Both the position numbers and the translations under genes were made by a program. Below, in pieces: positions 1-8,261 of a stretch of DNA of 64,000 nucleotides. The notes beneath the pieces are model-generated. The model was not told the DNA's origin and did not search any database. It was given only the letters and a program-made list of their open reading frames with translations. Position 1 is the stretch's first letter; each line of letters starts with the position of its first letter. Source of the stretch: Bacteroidota bacterium (lineage in GTDB: Bacteria; Bacteroidota; Bacteroidia; UKL13-3); assembly GCA_947485745.1 (NCBI GenBank), contig CANKQY010000005.1, positions 875-64,874 on the forward strand, given 5' to 3'.

Positions 1-2771
1 TTCATACCCAAATCGCCTTGAAATAACTCTATCACACTATCAGGAAACGAAATGCTATCTCCTTTTTCTAAGATATCTGCTGCACTGTAATTATTGGCTG
101 TCATAAACAAGGCCATATCACCAACTACTTTTGAGGATGGTGTCACTTTTACTATATCTCCAAACAACAAATTGGCTTCAACATAATTTTGCTTAATGGT
201 TTCAAACTTATCTTCTAACCCCAAACTCCTAGCCTGAGGCCTGAGGTTAGAGTATTGTCCTCCCGGTATTTCATGGTCGTAAACTTCTGCAGTACCTCCT
301 TTGAGTTCGTGTTCAAAGGGATAATAAAACTCCCTTACTGCTTCCCAATAATTAGAAAAATCATTCAAGGAATTCAAGTTCATTTTTTGCTCGCGTTCCT
401 GACCATGCATCATAGCCACTATAGAATTGAAATTGGGTTGAGAGGTTAATCCGCTCATGCTTGCCAATGCCACATCTACAATATCAACGCCCGCTTCAAT
501 GGCTTTTAAATAGGTAGCTGGTTGTATGCTGCTTGTATCATGGGTATGCAGGTGTATAGGTAAATCAACTACCTTTTTCAATTCAGTAATCAAGGTAGCG
601 GCCTGAAAGGGTTTCAACAATCCTGCCATGTCTTTTATGCCCAAAATATGCGCGCCTGCATCTTCCAATTGCCTGGCCAAGTCTAAATAATATTGCAGGT
701 TAAATTTATGGTTTTTCTTAGGATCCATAAAATCTCCTGTATAGCAAATGCATGCTTCAGCCAATCCAGGTGTTCTATCATTCACCGCTTTTATGCTCAC
801 GCGCATGCCTTCTATCCAATTCAACGAATCAAAGATCCTAAACAAGTCGATACCATTTTTGCTGCTTTCTTCAATAAAGCGCTCCACCAAATTATCTGGA
901 TAGGCTTTATAACCCACCGCGTTCGATCCCCTAATCAACATTTGAAACAAAATATTAGGCACTGCTTCCCTCAATAATTGCAGGCGCCTCCAGGGATTCT
1001 CATGCAAAAATCTAAGCGTTACGTCAAAGGTAGCACCGCCCCACATTTCCAATGAAAATATCTCCGGATTGTTCTTGGCATAGGATTCCGCTATCTTCAA
1101 AATATCCAAGGTACGCATCCTAGTTGCCAACAAACTTTGGTGGGCATCGCGCCAAGTACAATCTGTATATTGTATGGCTTTTTCTGCTTTCAATTGTTGT
1201 ATAAACTTAACCCTTCCCAACTCAAGTAAAGCATCTTTACTTCCTTTAGGGTAAGCATCATATTTATTAAAATCTGGCACCACAGGATTCCTAAAAATCT
1301 TTGTGTTATCAAATTTCTTCACATCTGGGTTGCCATTTACTGATATATCTGCAATATACATCAATGCCTTGGTGCCTCTATCCAATTTCTTAGTAAACTT
1401 AAACAGCTCTGGATGTGAATCAATAAAGTTAACTGTGGTTTTACCTTCTAAGAATGTTGGGTGCCTCAATACATTTTCTAAGAAGCTAATATTAGTTTTA
1501 ACACCCCTAATTCTAAACTCTTTCAACACCCTTTGCAAACGTTCCGAGGCTTCAAATAAATTCCTTCCGGTAGCTGTAATTTTTACCAATAACGAATCAA
1601 AGAAAGGCGAAATTTTAACATTCGAATAAGCACTTCCTTCATCCAACCTAATGCCTGGTCCGCCCGCATTTCTATAGGCTATTATAGTTCCATGGTCCGG
1701 TTTGAACCCATTCGCTGGATCCTCTGTAGTAATCCTTACCTGCACCGCAAATCCATCTACCTTAATCGACTCTTGGTCTTTGATATTGATCATGGGCGAA
1801 TTCAATGCGTATCCTTCTGCAATGCGTATCTGATTCTTTACTATATCTATGCCTGTTACAGCTTCTGTAACGGTATGTTCTACTTGTATCCTTGGGTTCA
1901 CTTCAATAAAGAAAATGTTCTCTTCTTTATCCACTAAAAATTCAACCGTACCTACATTGTTATAATTTACTTCCTTACAAATTTTCAAGGCATAAGCATG
2001 CAAGGCACTTCTTGTTTCTTCTTTGATAGAAGGAGCTGGTGCCATTTCTACAACCTTCTGAAACCTCCTTTGCACCGAACAATCTCTCTCGTGCAAGTGT
2101 ATCAAATTGCCATGATGGTCGCCCATAATTTGCACTTCAATATGCCTTGGTTGGTCAATAAATTTTTCTATAAAAAGGGTATCATCACCAAAAGCAACTT
2201 TGGCTTCGTTCTTGGCTTCATTGAAATTCTTTTCTAAATCAGCTTCTTGCCTCACCACGCGCATGCCTCTTCCGCCGCCACCTGCAGCCGCTTTTACCAT
2301 TACCGGAAAGCCTATTTTTTTTGCTTCAACCAATGCGGTTGCATAATCTATGAGGTCAACTTCACTGTCTTGTATAATTGGAACTTGTGCCCTAATGGCA
2401 ACTTTCTTGGCCAATACTTTATCCCCCAATTGCTTCATCACGGTTGGGTCGGGACCAATAAAAATAATGCCTTCTTCTTTACAGCGTTGTGCAAAAAGGG
2501 AGTTCTCACTCAAAAATCCATAACCCGGATGTATGGCATCCACTTGGTTACTTTTGGCTACATGAATAATTTCCTCTATATCCAAATAAGGCTTTAAGGG
2601 ATCAGTTTCTTTGCCTATCTGGTAGCTCTGATCTGCCTTATACCTGTGCAATGAATACCTATCTTCATAGGTATAAATGGCTACTGTTTTTATCTCTAAT
2701 TCAACTGCAGCTCTAAAAACACGAATCGCAATTTCACCTCTATTGGCAACGAGTAATTTTTGAATAGGCAT
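1..2771 (-). CDS. pyc: Pyruvate carboxylase, single-chain type (biotin carboxylase plus carboxyltransferase domains); the 3-prime end of the gene lies beyond the left window edge
   Basis: Absent from the ORF track because it runs off the edge. The reverse complement from the ATG at 2771 reads MPIQKLLVANRGEIAIRVFRAAVELEIKTVAIYTYEDRYSLHRYKADQSYQIGK. The frame stays open to position 1, passing the ATP-grasp glycine loop MVKAAAGGGGRGMRVV (about 2250-2300) and the carboxyltransferase metal motif PIHLHTHDTS (about 535-565). All + strand track ORFs in 255-2597 are antisense to it. Confidence 0.9.
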   Translation of the reverse strand, partial: MPIQKLLVANRGEIAIRVFRAAVELEIKTVAIYTYEDRYSLHRYKADQSYQIGKETDPLKPYLDIEEIIHVAKSNQVDAIHPGYGFLSENSLFAQRCKEEGIIFIGPDPTVMKQLGDKVLAKKVAIRAQVPIIQDSEVDLIDYATALVEAKKIGFPVMVKAAAGGGGRGMRVVRQEADLEKNFNEAKNEAKVAFGDDTLFIEKFIDQPRHIEVQIMGDHHGNLIHLHERDCSVQRRFQKVVEMAPAPSIKEETRSALHAYALKICKEVNYNNVGTVEFLVDKEENIFFIEVNPRIQVEHTVTEAVTGIDIVKNQIRIAEGYALNSPMINIKDQESIKVDGFAVQVRITTEDPANGFKPDHGTIIAYRNAGGPGIRLDEGSAYSNVKISPFFDSLLVKITATGRNLFEASERLQRVLKEFRIRGVKTNISFLENVLRHPTFLEGKTTVNFIDSHPELFKFTKKLDRGTKALMYIADISVNGNPDVKKFDNTKIFRNPVVPDFNKYDAYPKGSKDALLELGRVKFIQQLKAEKAIQYTDCTWRDAHQSLLATRMRTLDILKIAESYAKNNPEIFSLEMWGGATFDVTLRFLHENPWRRLQLLREAVPNILFQMLIRGSNAVGYKAYPDNLVERFIEESSKNGIDLFRIFDSLNWIEGMRVSIKAVNDRTPGLAEACICYTGDFMDPKKNHKFNLQYYLDLARQLEDAGAHILGIKDMAGLLKPFQAATLITELKKVVDLPIHLHTHDTSSIQPATYLKAIEAGVDIVDVALASMSGLTSQPNFNSIVAMMHGQEREQKMNLNSLNDFSNYWEAVREFYYPFEHELKGGTAEVYDHEIPGGQYSNLRPQARSLGLEDKFETIKQNYVEANLLFGDIVKVTPSSKVVGDMALFMTANNYSAADILEKGDSISFPDSVIELFQGDLGM

Positions 2772-2889
2772 AGGTTATAAATTTTTACAACATAATTAGT
2801 AATAAAATCATTGTTTCCAAAAAATATTTACTGAACCAATTGTGGATACAACTGTTAATTAAATAGCAGAATTAACATGGGTTCAACCC

Positions 2890-5775
2890 CTAAAACTTAT
2901 CTTTCAAATACTTGCTGGTATAACCCAAATCTGTTTTAATCATATCTTCCGGTGTACCCGTAAATACTAAGTTTCCGCCATTGGTACCTGCTTCCGGACC
3001 TAAATCAATGATCCAATCTGCGCACTTAATAACGTCCATATTGTGCTCAATTACTATAATGCTATGGCCCTGATCCAATAAAGCATAAAAGGAATTGAGC
3101 AATTTCTTAATATCGTTAAAATGCAATCCTGTTGTAGGTTCATCAAAAATAAACAATACGGGTTCGCTGTTTTTGCCTTTGCCTAAAAACGAGGCCAACT
3201 TCACCCTTTGTGCTTCGCCACCACTTAAGGTATTGGAGCTTTGCCCCAATTTGATATAACCTAATCCAACTTCTTGCAATGGCTTTAATTTTTGCGACAA
3301 TGTTTTTTCATTGGCAAAGAATTCTATCGATTCATCTATACTCATTTGCAAAACATCACTGATGCTTTTTCCATGGTAATGCACTTCTCTAACTTCCTCC
3401 TTAAACCTACTTCCTCCGCATTCTTCGCATGGCAAATGCACATCTGCCATAAATTGCATTTCAATGGTTATCTCGCCTTCTCCTGTGCAGGCTTCACACC
3501 TTCCACCGTCTACGTTAAAACTAAAATGTTGTGGCTTATACGCCCTTTGTTTTGCCAAGGGCTGACTAGCATATAATTCCCTAATGGCATCATAGGCTTT
3601 AATATAAGTAACAGGGTTCGATCTCGATGATTTGCCTATTGGATTCTGGTCTACAAATTCTATTTGCTGCACCGATTTTAAATTGCCTTCCAACTTATCA
3701 AAACTTCCCGTTTTTTCACCCGAATAACTGCCCATTAACTTCTGCAAGGCCGGATACAAAATGCTTTTGATCAATGTAGTTTTACCACTGCCACTCACGC
3801 CTGTAATTACCGTTAATACATGCAACGGAAAACTCACATCAAATCCTTTTAAGTTGTTTTGCCTTGCTCCTTTAACTTTTATAAACTGATTCCATTTTCT
3901 TCTGCGAGCAGGAATATCAATATTTTCAGCGCCACTCAAATACCTTCCAGTTAAACTCTTTGGGTCTTTTTTTAATTCTTTCAATTTACCTATGGCTACA
4001 ATTTCACCACCTTGTATGCCCGCTAGCGGACCAATATCAATAATCTGATCAGCCTCTTGCATAATGTCTTGATCATGCTCAACTACTACAACCGTATTGC
4101 CAATATCTCGCAATGCCTTTAATACCTCTATGAGTTTTTCAGTATCCTTGCTGTGTAAACCAATACTGGGTTCATCCAAAATATACAAAGAGCCAACTAG
4201 GCTTGAACCAAGCGAAGTAGCCAAATTAATTCGTTGCGATTCGCCACCACTGAGGGTATTCGAGAGTCGGTTCAAGGATAAATAACCCAGGCCTACTTTT
4301 TGTAAAAATTCTAACCTACTTTCAACTTCTTGTAAGATTCTTTTTGCTATGCCAACTTGGTTTTCTCTTAGTTTTAAGCCTTTAAAAAACGCATAACTAT
4401 CGTCAATACTCATCAAAAGCAAAGTAGAAAGTGTCATCCTGCTATCATCATCTGTGCCTACATCTTCCGGTTTGAACCTAGCTGGCGTTAGCATCACATA
4501 ATTAGAGTCTTTTCGCAACCTGGTGCCATAACAATCTGGGCAGCCTGTTTTACCTCTATACCTGGCCAACATTACTCGGTACTGAATTTTGTAAGTTTGC
4601 CTTTCCAACTCTTTAAAAAAGCCATCCAATCCTTCCCAATCTTTTCCTCCTTGCCACAAAAAGTTTCTCTGCTTTTGGTTCAACTCATGATAAGGCTTAT
4701 GAATAGGAAAATCGTTTTTTCTACTCAGGGCCACAAACTTGTTTTTATACTCCTGCATTTTTTCGCCTTTCCACGGTACGATGCACTCTTCAAAAACAGA
4801 TAGGCCCTTATCTGGTATTACCAAATCTTCGTCAATGCCAATCACACTGCCAAATCCCTCGCAGGTTTTGCATGCGCCATAAGGATTGTTAAAGCTAAAG
4901 AAATTAACATTGGGTTCCTCAAAGGTAATGCCGTCTTCCTCAAACTTATTGTTGAATTTGTGAAAAGATTTTTTATCGCCATCAACTAATAATACCAACT
5001 CCCCATGTCCTTCAAAAAAGGCGGTTTGAACCGAATCACTCACCCTGCTTTGGAAATCTTCATCCAAATGAATAACTGCAAACCTATCAACCAGCAAATA
5101 AAAATCACCTATACTTTCTTGTGTATTTTCTTTTGAAACAGCCTTTTTTACAGCTGTTTTTTTTGCAGGTGTTGCATTTATTTCTGGCCACAAATGTTTA
5201 GCTAAATATTCTTCAATATCTAGCATGCTGCCATCTAAATAAATTCTGTTGAACCCATTTTGTAAGTGCAATTCCAATTCCTTTTTCAATTCTGCGCCCT
5301 TTTGTTGCAATGCAACTAACAAGTACATTTTGATTGACTCTGGAAATGAAAGGATGAAATCAGTTACGTTTTCTACGGTATGCCGGATAACTTCCTTTCC
5401 CGATATTGGCGAATAGGTGATGCCAATGCGGGCAAAGAGTAGTTTAAGGTAATCGTATATTTCGGTGCTAGTGGCAACCGTGCTGCGTGGGTTTTTGGTG
5501 TTTACTTTTTGCTCAATGGCAATAGAAGGGGAGATGCCTTGTATGGTATCTACATCGGGTTTGTTCATTTTACCCAGGAACTGACGAGCGTAAGCAGATA
5601 AACTTTCTACATACCTGCGTTGGCCTTCTGCATACAGTGTATCAAAAACCAAACTGCTTTTACCCGATCCCGAAACACCAGTAACAACTGTAAGTTTGTT
5701 CCTTTGTATGGCAACCGATACATTTTTTAAATTATGCATCCTTGCACCTTTGATGAGAATATTTTTATCTTGCAT
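2890..5775 (-). CDS. uvrA: Excinuclease ABC subunit A
   Basis: 961 aa. The N-terminus is IKGARMHNLKNVSVAIQRNKLTVVTGVSGSGKSSLVFDTLYAEGQRRYVESLSAYARQFLG. There are two ABC ATPase modules (a second Walker A GVSGSGKTTL and LSGGE signatures) and zinc-finger Cys pairs (CKTCEGFG, CEACTGEG). Confidence 0.95.
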   Translation of the reverse strand: MQDKNILIKGARMHNLKNVSVAIQRNKLTVVTGVSGSGKSSLVFDTLYAEGQRRYVESLSAYARQFLGKMNKPDVDTIQGISPSIAIEQKVNTKNPRSTVATSTEIYDYLKLLFARIGITYSPISGKEVIRHTVENVTDFILSFPESIKMYLLVALQQKGAELKKELELHLQNGFNRIYLDGSMLDIEEYLAKHLWPEINATPAKKTAVKKAVSKENTQESIGDFYLLVDRFAVIHLDEDFQSRVSDSVQTAFFEGHGELVLLVDGDKKSFHKFNNKFEEDGITFEEPNVNFFSFNNPYGACKTCEGFGSVIGIDEDLVIPDKGLSVFEECIVPWKGEKMQEYKNKFVALSRKNDFPIHKPYHELNQKQRNFLWQGGKDWEGLDGFFKELERQTYKIQYRVMLARYRGKTGCPDCYGTRLRKDSNYVMLTPARFKPEDVGTDDDSRMTLSTLLLMSIDDSYAFFKGLKLRENQVGIAKRILQEVESRLEFLQKVGLGYLSLNRLSNTLSGGESQRINLATSLGSSLVGSLYILDEPSIGLHSKDTEKLIEVLKALRDIGNTVVVVEHDQDIMQEADQIIDIGPLAGIQGGEIVAIGKLKELKKDPKSLTGRYLSGAENIDIPARRRKWNQFIKVKGARQNNLKGFDVSFPLHVLTVITGVSGSGKTTLIKSILYPALQKLMGSYSGEKTGSFDKLEGNLKSVQQIEFVDQNPIGKSSRSNPVTYIKAYDAIRELYASQPLAKQRAYKPQHFSFNVDGGRCEACTGEGEITIEMQFMADVHLPCEECGGSRFKEEVREVHYHGKSISDVLQMSIDESIEFFANEKTLSQKLKPLQEVGLGYIKLGQSSNTLSGGEAQRVKLASFLGKGKNSEPVLFIFDEPTTGLHFNDIKKLLNSFYALLDQGHSIIVIEHNMDVIKCADWIIDLGPEAGTNGGNLVFTGTPEDMIKTDLGYTSKYLKDKF

Positions 5776-5788
5776 GTAATTTTACACT

Positions 5789-6532
5789 ATGACCAATCCA
5801 AAGTATAGGTTCACAAATTTACACAAAACAAACAGCCTAATTGTTTTTGTTGTGCTTTTTTTATTTGTTAACAAGCTAACATTTTCACAATCAATAACCA
5901 TAATGGCTGGTTCATCTAACCCATATGGAATTTATGCTAGCAAAGACTTCACGAGAACCTCCGCTGGAATGGCAAATAGGGGCAGCACTCTATCTATATT
6001 ATTAGAAGATAATAGAAATCCAAAGTTGTTTAGCCCATTCATTCAGATTACGCAAAATAATAATCCCATCGATTATTTGGCCCTTGACAAGGTTTATCAA
6101 TTCCTTAAATATGAAAATACCCAAGTTTTTAAATCTTGGGAACAAACTATGCTCATGGGTGGAGCTAAGGTTAATTATTTTGGAAACAACTTCGATTTGT
6201 TTGCAAAAGGAGCTGCTGGCCTCGGATGGATGAGCACCTATGGTTATAATATCTATTCCGATTCCCTTGGTCTTATTAAATTCAATCCACTTAAGGTAAA
6301 TGCTTTGGTACTTTCAGCAGGGGTAGGAGCTAATTTTTATCTTAGAGAAAATATTTCCTTGGTATTAGGTTACGATTTTTTTTATGCCAAAAATAATTTT
6401 GGGTATGAGAAATATTCTAATAGCAATGGAACTGTTAAGGCCTCAGTAGCAGTTGAGGTTAAACCAGATTTTCAAACAGGAAATTTTTATGTGGGAATAA
6501 AGTTGCATTTGAAGGACCCAAGGAAAAAATAA
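5789..6532 (+). CDS. Putative outer-membrane beta-barrel protein (hypothetical)
   Basis: 247 aa with an N-terminal hydrophobic signal-like segment (LIVFVVLFLFVNKLTFSQ). It shows alternating hydrophobic and aromatic beta-strand patterns with Gly/Ala-rich strands (GAAGLGW, SAGVGANFY). No specific family recognised. Confidence 0.5.
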   Translation: MTNPKYRFTNLHKTNSLIVFVVLFLFVNKLTFSQSITIMAGSSNPYGIYASKDFTRTSAGMANRGSTLSILLEDNRNPKLFSPFIQITQNNNPIDYLALDKVYQFLKYENTQVFKSWEQTMLMGGAKVNYFGNNFDLFAKGAAGLGWMSTYGYNIYSDSLGLIKFNPLKVNALVLSAGVGANFYLRENISLVLGYDFFYAKNNFGYEKYSNSNGTVKASVAVEVKPDFQTGNFYVGIKLHLKDPRKK

Positions 6533-6680
6533 TTTTTTTTTTGCCTAACGCTTGTTTTTATCATTTCAATAGCTATATTCGTTTTACAAAACAAATCAAA
6601 TACTAAAAAAATATAGCTTATAGGTAAAAAAATCTACACTAATTATTCTCTCTGGTTTAACCTTTTAATTTTAAACAACC

Positions 6681-7259
6681 ATGAACATGCAGAAAATTAG
6701 TGACCACGATTTGGTAAAGCTATACCAATCCGGCACACAACCTGCTCTCGAAGAACTGATCAAGCGCTACAAGCGCAGTATCTTTTCTGCCATTTATTTG
6801 ATTGTGCGCGACCGCCCTCTAGCGGAAGACATCTTTCAAGAGACATTTATCAAAATTATCCATACTCTTCGTTCTGGTAAATACAACGAAGAAGGAAAAT
6901 TTGGTGGATGGGCTGTTAGGGTTGGAAGAAACCTAACCATCGATTATATCCGCAAAATGAAAAGAGATGTAACCATTACCGATAGTCAAGGAAATGGCAT
7001 CTTCGATTACCTTGTAATTGCCGAAGAAAACAAGGAGGATAAAATTATCCAAATGCAATCAGAAAGTCAACTCAAAGAACTCATCAAACTTTTGCCAGAT
7101 GAACAGCGCGAGGTCTTAATCATGCGTCATTGGGGAGATATGAGCTTCAAAGAGATTTCCGATAAAACAGGCGTAAGTATCAATACCGCCTTGGGCAGAA
7201 TGAGATATGCCCTCAACAATTTGCGAAAATTGATGGTTGCCAAAGGGGTTCAGATATAG
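6681..7259 (+). CDS. RNA polymerase sigma-70 family, ECF-type sigma factor
   Basis: 192 aa. Region 2 reads EDIFQETFIKIIHTLRSGKY...FGGWAVRVGRNLTIDYIRK. The region 4 HTH reads LPDEQREVLIMRHWGDMSFKEISDKTGVSINTALGRMRYALNNLRK. Confidence 0.9.
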   Translation: MNMQKISDHDLVKLYQSGTQPALEELIKRYKRSIFSAIYLIVRDRPLAEDIFQETFIKIIHTLRSGKYNEEGKFGGWAVRVGRNLTIDYIRKMKRDVTITDSQGNGIFDYLVIAEENKEDKIIQMQSESQLKELIKLLPDEQREVLIMRHWGDMSFKEISDKTGVSINTALGRMRYALNNLRKLMVAKGVQI

Positions 7260-7319
7260 TTCACTATTTCTGTCCTCGCTCGCAACTCCTTTTTAAATAA
7301 CCCTTAATTAATCATTGTT

Positions 7320-7898
7320 ATGAAAGCACAAGCAAAAATTGCAATGTTACTAGTGGTTCTAGTAGCATTGTTTTCCTTCGAAGTTCCAAAAGGCTGGTAC
7401 AAAGCTGGCAGTAATCCTGATCGCTACGAAATTGGTATCGATAGAGGTGCAGGATTAGATGGTACAAATGCGGCAACAATTCGTTCAGAGGGCAATCGTG
7501 TAAGAGGTTTTGGTACTTTGGTTCAAAACTTGGTCCCTGGAAATTTTGCCGGCAAACGTTTAAAAATGTCGGGTTTCATTAAAACTGCTGACGTAAGCGG
7601 TTGGGGCGGATTTTGGTTGAGAATTGATGGTCAAAATGTAAACGATCCTTTCGTATTTGATAACATGAGCAACCGCAAAATCAAAGGTTCTACTGATTGG
7701 GTTAAATGCGAAATCATTGTGGATGTTCCTAAAAAGGCAACTAATATAGCTTACGGTGCCCTGCTCAGTGGAGATGGCCAATTGTGGTTCGATGATTTAA
7801 CTTTTGAAGTAGTGGATCAAACCGTTGCTACCACTATTCCATATTCTAAAGAAAATGCGCCTCAAAATCAGCCTACTAACTTAAGCTTCGAATATTAA
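7320..7898 (+). CDS. Exported beta-sandwich (jelly-roll / carbohydrate-binding-like) protein of unknown function
   Basis: 192 aa with a signal peptide (KIAMLLVVLVALFSF). The mature part starts PKGWYKAGSNPDRYEIG and contains GFGTLVQ, KRLKMSGFIKTADVSGWGGFWLRIDG and LWFDDLTFEVV. From memory, this pattern also occurs as a C-terminal domain of some AraC-type regulators. The family assignment is tentative. Confidence 0.45.
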   Translation: MKAQAKIAMLLVVLVALFSFEVPKGWYKAGSNPDRYEIGIDRGAGLDGTNAATIRSEGNRVRGFGTLVQNLVPGNFAGKRLKMSGFIKTADVSGWGGFWLRIDGQNVNDPFVFDNMSNRKIKGSTDWVKCEIIVDVPKKATNIAYGALLSGDGQLWFDDLTFEVVDQTVATTIPYSKENAPQNQPTNLSFEY

Positions 7899-7964
7899 TG
7901 CAACACTTTGTGAAATAAGATTGCCCTCAAGTGCGTTTTTCTAGTACAAATTAAAAACAAGCTT

Positions 7965-8204
7965 ATGGCAAACACTTACACTGAAAATGATTTACTGTTT
8001 TATTTGTACAATGAAATGTCGGCAGAGGAAGCCAGCAAACTAGAAAATTACCTAGTTTTAGATGCCAACTTACAAGCTTCTTTGGCAAATTTAAAAGCTG
8101 GCATGGAGGTATTAAATAAATTAGAAGCCGAACCTTCGCCAACAAGCATCGAATTAATTTTGGAATACTCCCAAAAAACAGCGGCAAAACTGGAAGAGGT
8201 TTAA
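7965..8204 (+). CDS. Small soluble anti-sigma-factor-like protein (hypothetical)
   Basis: 79 aa. The N-terminus NDLLFYLYNEMSAEEASKLENYLVLDANLQASL follows the helical pattern of anti-sigma N-terminal domains, but has no Cys/His zinc ligands and no transmembrane segment. It sits last in the ECF sigma unit and is followed by a strong terminator. Confidence 0.4.
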   Translation: MANTYTENDLLFYLYNEMSAEEASKLENYLVLDANLQASLANLKAGMEVLNKLEAEPSPTSIELILEYSQKTAAKLEEV

Positions 8205-8207
8205 CAC

Positions 8208-8245
8208 AAAAAAGCCCGATTGAAATAGTTCAATCGGGCTTTTTT
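8208..8245. terminator. Bidirectional rho-independent terminator between convergent genes
   Basis: A perfect 12-bp stem, AGCCCGATTGAA (8213-8224) with TTCAATCGGGCT (8229-8240), has loop ATAG. It is flanked by an A-run on the left and a T-run on the right. Confidence 0.85.
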
Positions 8246-8261
8246 ATTCGGTTCTTTGTTG

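Noticed and set aside
255-2597. Six + strand ORFs from the track (64-116 aa) covering the first 2.6 kb
   Set aside because: All lie antisense to a continuous minus-strand reading frame that translates as pyruvate carboxylase from the ATG at 2771 to the window edge. Their sequences are low-complexity with no recognisable motifs.
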